A stretch of 64,000 nucleotides of DNA, from positions 1 through 64,000 of the forward strand of contig JAYRXR010000207.1 of assembly GCA_041917435.1 (NCBI GenBank), given 5' to 3'. Of the stretch, positions 57,281-64,000 are shown in pieces. Made by a program: the position numbers and the translations under genes. The first letter of the stretch is position 1. Every line of letters begins with the position of its first letter. The notes below the pieces were generated by a model. The model was not told where the DNA came from. It saw only the letters and a list, made by a program, of their open reading frames with translations, and searched no databases. The DNA comes from Actinomycetota bacterium (GTDB lineage: Bacteria > Acidobacteriota > Blastocatellia > Chloracidobacteriales > Chloracidobacteriaceae).

Positions 57281-58350
57281 CCGTCGCAGATGTCCTCCCA
57301 GAACTTCGGCGGGGTCCCCGAATCACCGCGTTTGGCGTGGAGGATGGTCACGTTTTCGCCGGCCTTGTCGAAAAACTCCACCCCGGTCACGATGCCCCGC
57401 GCCGTCGGCTTTCGCACCACCCAGGCCTGCGCCAGACCCGGTTCCGAAACATGCAGGTTGAATCCGTTGTCGAGGACGTTCAGCCAGTCGCCGATGATGC
57501 GGATGTTTTCAACCCGTCCGCTGTGAATCTGGATGCAGCCGGGATTTCCGACAAAAACCATGATTTTCTCGCTACTCGCGGCGGAGGCTTCCAGCGCGGC
57601 GCGGTAGGCACCGACGCTGACCCGGCGGGCGAATTCGGGATCGGCGAGCCGGAGCGCCTGCGTCCGGCTGACACCGAAACGGCGCGTCAGCCCCAGAAAA
57701 TCATGGGTGTCCTGAAGCGTCCGCCAGCCGGCGCGAAATCCCGCCACGTCGATGTCCTCGTCGGGCTTTTCAGGGGCCGGAACGGGGTGTCCCTCGACCG
57801 TCTGGGTCGTTCCCTGATCGGAATCCGAAAACCGCGCGACCAGTTCATCGAAAGCCGGGCGGACGTTTTCCTCGCGGAAGTACGATTTGTGAACCGCGTC
57901 GCCGTGAGCGTCGAAAAACTGGAGGCTCACCCGGTCACCACGCGGGGTTTCGTCAATCACGGCGAAAGCCGACTTCCATTTCCCCAGAAAAAGCCGAAGG
58001 TCGATTCCCTCGTCGAGCACCTGCCCCATGAGGGTGTGGGCGCGAAAAATCTCGACGTTGCGATAGCGTCCGACCCGTTCACTGACGGCGACCGCGTTGC
58101 GCGTCAGGGCCATGGCCTCGCCGAGCGGTTCAAGACTTTTCAGCAGGTCGGTCCAGTCGGAGGCGAGGCGGGTGACCCCGTTTCCGCAGCGGGTGGCCAG
58201 CAGTTGCGCTTCGGCGACGCCCAGCCGGTCGGCGGCGTCCCGGATACGAAGTTTCGGCTCCTCGCGCTGGAGGGCCGACCATCGTTCGGCAATGTCTTCG
58301 GCGGTATACCCCGCGTCGGTGACCAGGGGTTCTGGCACGGCTTGATTCAT
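57271..58350 (-). CDS. HemS/ChuX-family hemin-degrading/heme-binding protein
   Basis: The ~350-aa protein has a duplicated HemS/ChuX domain architecture. Confidence 0.55.
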   Translation of the reverse strand: MNQAVPEPLVTDAGYTAEDIAERWSALQREEPKLRIRDAADRLGVAEAQLLATRCGNGVTRLASDWTDLLKSLEPLGEAMALTRNAVAVSERVGRYRNVEIFRAHTLMGQVLDEGIDLRLFLGKWKSAFAVIDETPRGDRVSLQFFDAHGDAVHKSYFREENVRPAFDELVARFSDSDQGTTQTVEGHPVPAPEKPDEDIDVAGFRAGWRTLQDTHDFLGLTRRFGVSRTQALRLADPEFARRVSVGAYRAALEASAASSEKIMVFVGNPGCIQIHSGRVENIRIIGDWLNVLDNGFNLHVSEPGLAQAWVVRKPTARGIVTGVEFFDKAGENVTILHAKRGDSGTPPKFWEDICDGLA

Positions 58351-58641
58351 AACGTCTCCTTGTAAGGCGATTGCCTGATGAAAGCGGACGGCCCGATGAC
58401 CAAGGCCCGAAAAGCCGGGGTGGGCGTCGCCAATCCTGGCCGATGTCCCGACGTCGGGATTTCATTTGTCGGATAAATTTTTCGAACCGGTTTTTTGTCA
58501 CTCCCGCAATTCCGAAGCAAACCGATTTTGCCGAAGGTGTCCATTTCGGGTGAACCGGGAAACGTCGCCGCGGAAAATCAGAAGCCCGGAAGGCATTGAC
58601 CCTCCGGGCTTTGAGGCATTTTTGGGAATCCACGCGGGACT

Positions 58642-59400
58642 TCAGATGAAGATGCCGCCGGAAACCTCGATGCGCTGGGCGTTGATCCACCGGCTGTCGT
58701 CCGACAGCAGACCCGCGATGACGCCGCCGATGTCGTCGGGGAGGCCGACCCGTCCCAGCGCCGTCTGCGCGGCGATGAACCGGTTGACATCCTGATTGTC
58801 GCGGACCGTCCCCCCACCGAAATCCGTCTCGATGGCCCCCGGCGCGACGACGTTCACCGCGATTCCACGCCCCCCGAGTTCACGCGCGAGATAGCGCGAC
58901 AGGACTTCCACCGCGCCCTTCATCGCCGCGTAGGCGGCGTAGCCCGGAAGCGAAAACCGCGCCAGGCCGCTGGAAAGATTGACGATCCGTCCGCCGTCGG
59001 CCATCAGCGGCATGAGCGTCTGGGTCAGAAAAAACACGCCCTTGAAGTGTGTGTTCATCAGCGCGTCGAACTGCTCCTCGGTCGTTTCGGCGAACGCCGC
59101 GTGGACGCCCTGTCCCGCGTTGTTGACCAGAAAATCGAACGTTTCCCACCCCCATTTCGCGGCGAGGAGCGTTTTCAGTTCGGCGGCAAAGGCGGAAAAT
59201 TCCTTCGTGTTTCCGACGTCCAGCCGCAGCGCCGCGGCTTTACCGCCAAGCGATTCGATTTCCGCGGCCACCGCTTCCGCCGCTTCCCGCTGCGAGTGGT
59301 AGGTAATGATGACATCCGTTCCCTTGCGGGCGAGGGCAAGGGCCGTGTTCTTTCCGAGGCCGCGGCTTCCGCCCGTGACCAGTGCAATCCGGCTGCTCAT
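58642..59400 (-). CDS. SDR-family oxidoreductase
   Basis: Contains TGGSRGLG. Confidence 0.8.
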   Translation of the reverse strand: MSSRIALVTGGSRGLGKNTALALARKGTDVIITYHSQREAAEAVAAEIESLGGKAAALRLDVGNTKEFSAFAAELKTLLAAKWGWETFDFLVNNAGQGVHAAFAETTEEQFDALMNTHFKGVFFLTQTLMPLMADGGRIVNLSSGLARFSLPGYAAYAAMKGAVEVLSRYLARELGGRGIAVNVVAPGAIETDFGGGTVRDNQDVNRFIAAQTALGRVGLPDDIGGVIAGLLSDDSRWINAQRIEVSGGIFI

Positions 59401-59451
59401 GGTGACTCCTTGTGAATTCGTTGAAGATTGAAAACCGTTGAAATCGGCGGC

Positions 59452-60186
59452 TCAGTAGGGACTGGCGGTGGGCCGGACGATCATTTCGCTGACATCCACG
59501 TCCGCCGGCTGTTCGATGGCGAAAGCCACCGCCCGCGCGATGGCGTCGGGGGTCAGGGCGATCTTCCGGAATTCGTCCATTCCGGCCTTCGCGGCCGGAT
59601 CGGTAATCGTGTCGGCCAGTTCCGACTCCACCACGCCGGGGCTGATGGTCGTCACTCGAATCTTGCTCGTCTCCTGCCGCAGACCGTCGCTGATGGCGCG
59701 GACGGCGAATTTCGTCGCGCAGTAGACCGCCGCCGTCGGGTACACGGCGTGCGCCCCGATGCTGGCCACGTTGATGATCTGCCCCGCGCCCCGCGCTTCC
59801 ATCACGGGAAGCACCGCGCCGATGCCGTTCAGGACGCCGTTGATGTTGACGCTGATCATCCGGTCCCATTCGTCGAATTTCAGGGCCGACAGCGGCGACA
59901 GCGGCATCACCCCGGCGTTGTTGATCAGGACGTCAACCTGTCCGAACTCGGCCTTTGCAAAATCCACGAACGCCTGCACGTCCTCGCGATTCGTCACATC
60001 GAGCGCGCGAAACCGCGCCTCCCCGCCCGCGGCGGCGATTTCGGCGACCAGCGTTTCGAGCCGGTCGGTCCGGCGAGCGCCGACGATCACCCGCGCGCCG
60101 CGTCCGGCGAGCAGTCTGGCGATGGCCTCTCCGATTCCGCTGCTGGCGCCGGTGACGAGGACGACTTTTCCTTTGATTTCCGACAT
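59452..60186 (-). CDS. SDR-family oxidoreductase
   Basis: Start at ATG 60184-60186 with an AAGGAGA RBS. Contains TGASSGIG and YCATK. Confidence 0.8.
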   Translation of the reverse strand: MSEIKGKVVLVTGASSGIGEAIARLLAGRGARVIVGARRTDRLETLVAEIAAAGGEARFRALDVTNREDVQAFVDFAKAEFGQVDVLINNAGVMPLSPLSALKFDEWDRMISVNINGVLNGIGAVLPVMEARGAGQIINVASIGAHAVYPTAAVYCATKFAVRAISDGLRQETSKIRVTTISPGVVESELADTITDPAAKAGMDEFRKIALTPDAIARAVAFAIEQPADVDVSEMIVRPTASPY

Positions 60187-60415
60187 TGTCTTTTCTCCTT
60201 CGGGTTGCGGCCGGGTCCGTTCCCGGCGACGTCCCGAAGGTAGGGCAAGCACGCGCTTCTTCTGTAGAACGATCCTTTTGAATTCTTGCCTGATTCTCCG
60301 AACCCGATTTCTTTTTACCGATTCGGCTTGTCGCTTGCGGAATCGCCGTTTAGGGTTGGCTCGAAGTTTTCACTGGAAATTCAATGGAAACCGACACCTC
60401 TTCAGGAGAGAAGCC

Positions 60416-61306
60416 ATGAACGGCATCCGCGAACTTGCGACCCTGATTGAACGATTCACCGGGACCGACGGATTCCATACCACTCCGATTTCCCGGCTCA
60501 CGCTGATCCGGGCGTCCCATCCGAGCGAGCCTTTTCATGGCGTGCATGAGCCGTCGGTCTGCTTCGTGGTTCAGGGGAGCAAGGAAGTCGCCGTCGGGGG
60601 TCGGACATTTTTCTACGACCCGACCCGCTACCTCGTCGTCTCGGTGGACGTCCCCTTCGTCGGACAGGTCATCGAAGCCAGCCGCGAAACGCCCTACCTG
60701 TGCGCCAAACTCGAACTCGACCGGGCGACCATCGCCGGAATGCTCGAAACGACTTCCGCCCCAAAAACCGAGCCGAACGCCCCCTGCCCGGCGTTCAGCC
60801 TCAGTCCGGCCACGCCCGCGCTCATCGACGCACTGACCCGTTTCGTCGGTCTGCTCGATACCCCCACCGACATTCCGGTTCTCGGGCCGCTCGTCGAACG
60901 TGAAATCATTTACCGGCTGCTGACCGGCGACCAAACCGCTCGCCTGCGCGACATCGCCGTCGCCGACGGACGTCATCAGCGCATCAACCGGGCCATCCAC
61001 CGGATCAAAACCGATTTTCGGGAAGCGCTCCGGATCGACAATCTCGCCGCCGAATCCAACATGAGCACGTCGGTTTTCCATGAACAGTTCAAGGCGGTGA
61101 CCTCGCTCACCCCGCTCCAGTACCAGAAACAGTTGCGGTTACAGGAAGCCCGGCGGCTCATGGCTTTCGAGGGGGCCGACGCGGCGTCGGCGGGATTCGC
61201 CGTCGGCTATGAAAGCCCCTCGCAATTCAGCCGGGAATACCGACGCCTGTTCGGTCTTCCACCCGCCCGCGACGTCGGACGCCGGCGCGCCGCGGCGGCC
61301 TTTTGA
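60416..61306 (+). CDS. AraC-family transcriptional regulator (AraC_N plus HTH)
   Basis: AGGAGAG RBS and a C-terminal HTH_18 domain. Confidence 0.7.
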   Translation: MNGIRELATLIERFTGTDGFHTTPISRLTLIRASHPSEPFHGVHEPSVCFVVQGSKEVAVGGRTFFYDPTRYLVVSVDVPFVGQVIEASRETPYLCAKLELDRATIAGMLETTSAPKTEPNAPCPAFSLSPATPALIDALTRFVGLLDTPTDIPVLGPLVEREIIYRLLTGDQTARLRDIAVADGRHQRINRAIHRIKTDFREALRIDNLAAESNMSTSVFHEQFKAVTSLTPLQYQKQLRLQEARRLMAFEGADAASAGFAVGYESPSQFSREYRRLFGLPPARDVGRRRAAAAF

Positions 61307-61452
61307 GCGCGAAAATTCATCCTGAACGACAAAACGCCGCGACGGTTTCATCGCGGCGTTCTTCATGTTTCGGGACAGGCTTCGGCAATTCCGACACAAC
61401 CGCCAGACGCAAGACTCCCGACTCCAGACTCGGGACTCCCGACTTCCTCCCA

Positions 61453-61947
61453 TCACCAGCCCCACGATCCCGGCTCGCCCTTGAACGGCCCGACCACATC
61501 GGCGGTAACCCATCCGCCGTAGAAATTCCCCGGCTGGGGCGTCACTTTTTCCTCATCGACATAGCAGGCGTCCATCGGCGCGGCGTAAAACGCGATGTAA
61601 TCCTCGATGGGTTCGAAGCCGTTCAACGGCCGGTGATAGGCCCACGCCACATCCGGTTCCTCGCGGTCACCGACGCGCAGCGTGTAGTACATCGACTTGC
61701 CCTTCCATTCGCAGACCGATCCGCGCCCGGAGGAAATCAGGTACTGCATCTGAATGTCGGCGGGCGGAATGTAGTACACGGGCGGATGGCTCGTTTCGAG
61801 CACGCGCAGGGCGCGCGTGGTGTCGGCGATGGTCACGCCGTTGTAAATGATCCGAATGCGCCTGGTGGTCGTTTCCACTCTCGGCGGACGCGGGTAATCC
61901 CAGACGGATTCCTGACCGGGACCGGGGTCGATTCTGTGCGGCTTCAT
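61453..61947 (-). CDS. DUF427-domain protein
   Basis: 164-aa ORF starting at ATG 61945-61947. Confidence 0.55.
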   Translation of the reverse strand: MKPHRIDPGPGQESVWDYPRPPRVETTTRRIRIIYNGVTIADTTRALRVLETSHPPVYYIPPADIQMQYLISSGRGSVCEWKGKSMYYTLRVGDREEPDVAWAYHRPLNGFEPIEDYIAFYAAPMDACYVDEEKVTPQPGNFYGGWVTADVVGPFKGEPGSWGW

Positions 61948-62097
61948 CGAAATTCCCTCAATCAAATATCGGTTTTCGATTCCGGCCCGGGAGGAAGCGG
62001 GGGAGCGGGCCGAAAATCATTGACCGTGGCGATGACTTTGTGGTGAGTTGCGCGTCCGAACTGAAACTTCACACATCCGGGATCACGCGGAGCTGAA

Positions 62098-63570
62098 ATG
62101 CTGCTCAATACCCAATCGCTGGCGTTGCTGACCGATTTATACCAACTGACGATGGCGCAAGCCTACTGGAAATCGGGCGTTTCCGAAAAGGAAGCCGTAT
62201 TCCACATGTTCTTTCGGAAACATCCGTTCAACAGTGGCTTCACCGTCGCCTGCGGGCTGCATTCCGTCATCGAGGTATTGAAGAATTTTCGGTTCGAAGA
62301 GAGCGACACCGAGTACCTGGCGACCCTGCAAGGCAACGACGGCAAGCCGCTCTTCGAACACGAGTTTCTGAATACCCTCAAAATGTTGCGGCTGGATTGC
62401 GACATCGACGCGGTCCCCGAGGGCACGGTGGTTTTTCCGTTCGAGCCGCTGCTGCGGATCAAGGGGAATCTCGTTCAGGGCCAGTTGCTTGAAACGCTGC
62501 TGCTCAACATCATCAATTTTCAGACGCTCATCGCGACCAAGGCGGCGCGGATGGGCGTCGCCGCGCAGGGCGAGCCGATTCTGGAATTCGGGTTGCGTCG
62601 CGCGCAGGGCGTGGACGGCGGCCTGTCGGCGAGTCGCGCGGCCTACGTCGGGGGCTGCGCGGCGACCTCGAACGTCCTGGCGGGCAAGATGTACGGCATT
62701 CCCGTTCGCGGCACGCACGCCCATAGCTGGGTGATGTCGTTCGACGACGAACTCGAAGCCTTTCTGGCCTACGCGAAGGCGATGCCGAACAACTGCATTT
62801 TCCTCGTGGACACCTACGACACGCTCGAAGGCGTCCACAAAGCCGTCGAGGCCGGAAAATACCTGCGCGAAATGGGCCACGACATGATCGGCATCCGGCT
62901 CGATTCGGGCGACCTCGCCTATCTGAGCATCGAGGCGCGGCGGATTCTCGACGAGGCCGGGTTCGAAAAGGCGCTTATCGTCGCCAGTAACGACCTCGAC
63001 GAAACGATCATCAACAGTCTCAAGCAGCAGGGCGCGCGCATCAACGTCTGGGGCGTCGGGACGAAACTCGTCACCGGCTACGACCAGCCCGCGCTCGGGG
63101 GCGTCTACAAACTGACGGCCATCCGCGAAAAAGGAATGACCGACTGGCACTACCGCATCAAGCTGTCGGAACAGGCGATTAAAATTTCAAATCCCGGCAT
63201 CCATCAGGTCCGGCGCTATTTCGGACACGGCGAAAACATCGCCGACGTGATCTACGACCACGACACGGACCTTTCCACCGGCTGTACGATCATCGACCCG
63301 CTCGACCCGACCCGACGCAAGAAAATCGCCGCGGAAACCGAGTTTGAAGACCTGCTCAGGCCGATCTGGCGCGGTGGAGAATGCGTCTACACGCCGCCGT
63401 CGCTGGAGGACGTCCGGGCCAACGCGCAGGCGAACCTCGCGCGCTTCCATTCGAGCATCAAGCGATTCGTCAACCCGCACACCTTCCCGGTCGGGCTTGA
63501 AAAATCGTTGTATGAACTCAAGATGGACCTCATCCTCAAGGCGCGCGGCGGGGAAAAAGCCGGGGCGTGA
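62098..63570 (+). CDS. pncB: nicotinate phosphoribosyltransferase
   Basis: Begins with the motif LLTDLYQLTMAQAYW. Confidence 0.8.
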   Translation: MLLNTQSLALLTDLYQLTMAQAYWKSGVSEKEAVFHMFFRKHPFNSGFTVACGLHSVIEVLKNFRFEESDTEYLATLQGNDGKPLFEHEFLNTLKMLRLDCDIDAVPEGTVVFPFEPLLRIKGNLVQGQLLETLLLNIINFQTLIATKAARMGVAAQGEPILEFGLRRAQGVDGGLSASRAAYVGGCAATSNVLAGKMYGIPVRGTHAHSWVMSFDDELEAFLAYAKAMPNNCIFLVDTYDTLEGVHKAVEAGKYLREMGHDMIGIRLDSGDLAYLSIEARRILDEAGFEKALIVASNDLDETIINSLKQQGARINVWGVGTKLVTGYDQPALGGVYKLTAIREKGMTDWHYRIKLSEQAIKISNPGIHQVRRYFGHGENIADVIYDHDTDLSTGCTIIDPLDPTRRKKIAAETEFEDLLRPIWRGGECVYTPPSLEDVRANAQANLARFHSSIKRFVNPHTFPVGLEKSLYELKMDLILKARGGEKAGA

Positions 63571-63585
63571 AAAGGAGTTGAAAAA

Positions 63586-64000
63586 ATGGGACTTCCACAA
63601 CCGAAACTCTTCCTGACCGTTGAAGAATATCTCCAGGGCGAACGTGATGTCGCCACCAGGCATGAATATGTTCAGGGCCAGATTTTCGCGATGGCTGGCG
63701 GAAGCGGACGGCACAACCGCATTTCGCTGGCAATTGCCTCAAAGCTCGACGCACATCTTGCAGGCAAGTCCTGTGAAACCTTCATGGCCGATGTGAAAAT
63801 TCGCGTCGATCCGGATACGTTTTACTATCCGGACGTGGTCGTTGCCTGTGACGAATCAGTCAAAGACGATTACTACCGCGAAAAGCCAGTTCTGGTGGTT
63901 GAGGTTCTTTCTCCATCAACTGAACGAATTGATCAAAAGGAAAAACTCGCGGCGTATAAAACCATTCCCAGCCTCCGCGAATACGCCATCGTCTGGCAGG
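63586..64000 (+). CDS. Uma2-family (DUF820) endonuclease, 3'-truncated by window end
   Basis: AAAGGAG RBS 8 nt upstream of ATG 63586. Contains the PD-(D/E)xK-like Uma2 pattern (EY..GE...VIEVLSPST). Confidence 0.55.
   Translation, partial: MGLPQPKLFLTVEEYLQGERDVATRHEYVQGQIFAMAGGSGRHNRISLAIASKLDAHLAGKSCETFMADVKIRVDPDTFYYPDVVVACDESVKDDYYREKPVLVVEVLSPSTERIDQKEKLAAYKTIPSLREYAIVWQ

Overview
This is a 64-kb GC-rich (~60-65% by eye) bacterial chromosomal window, probably from an Acidobacteria-like genome. The call rests on Ser/Thr kinases with periplasmic sensor plus TPR, propeller histidine kinases, a carboxypeptidase-regulatory-domain TonB receptor and hopanoid genes. I call about 55 protein-coding genes and no rRNA, tRNA, CRISPR or transposase.

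Gene content by block:
- 1-4.8 kb: a 'DGPF' stress cluster of two PhnB-like VOC proteins, a DHFR-family protein, an AHSA1/SRPBCC protein, a YciI protein and an ECF42-like sigma factor with a long C-terminal extension, followed by an AraC regulator.
- 4.9-11.5 kb: a secreted VIT-vWA protein convergent with a 1289-aa beta-propeller/Y_Y_Y/GAF sensor histidine kinase.
- 12-17.6 kb: an ABC-2 exporter pair, a flotillin/SPFH operon and an MgtC/DUF4010 membrane protein.
- 18.3-32.3 kb: a Ser/Thr kinase, then an 11-gene plus-strand block of a disulfide oxidoreductase, a 510-aa multi-cluster radical SAM enzyme with an N-terminal Cys4 ribbon (tetraether-lipid-synthase-like), an ArsM-type methyltransferase, a DUF2490-like protein, a TAT-exported molybdopterin oxidoreductase and a PaaI thioesterase. 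It ends in a five-gene RiPP-like cassette: PqqD, radical SAM/SPASM, a 65-aa Cys/Ser-rich precursor, an HprK-like P-loop kinase and an S24/S26 peptidase.
- 32.3-48.3 kb: a LuxR response regulator, a MauE/DoxX-redoxin fusion, squalene-hopene cyclase with a PF04240-type membrane protein, an aldo/keto reductase, a tandem UspA, an Asp/Glu racemase, a flavin monooxygenase, an SDR, an MGDG-synthase-like GT28, RidA, pyrG and kdsB.
- 48.4-64 kb: rnz, a TonB-dependent receptor, HpnG-like plus HpnI plus an ArnT-like glycosyltransferase, HemS/ChuX, two SDRs, an AraC regulator, DUF427, pncB and a partial Uma2 nuclease.

The most unusual non-coding signal is a recurring architecture of intergenic hairpins whose two arms are short tandem repeats of 7-8 bp units (caatcgaaaatcttc, ggatgaa, cagtggt, cacaaag/cacgaag/cacggag, gcggaat), present at a dozen gene boundaries. 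Other non-coding structure:
- a 42-bp x ~7.5 tandem array;
- an ~11-copy degenerate 20-21-bp array in a promoter region;
- a 340-bp inverted-repeat element carrying four GTCCC-N3-GGGAC palindromes;
- a perfect 28-bp inverted repeat.
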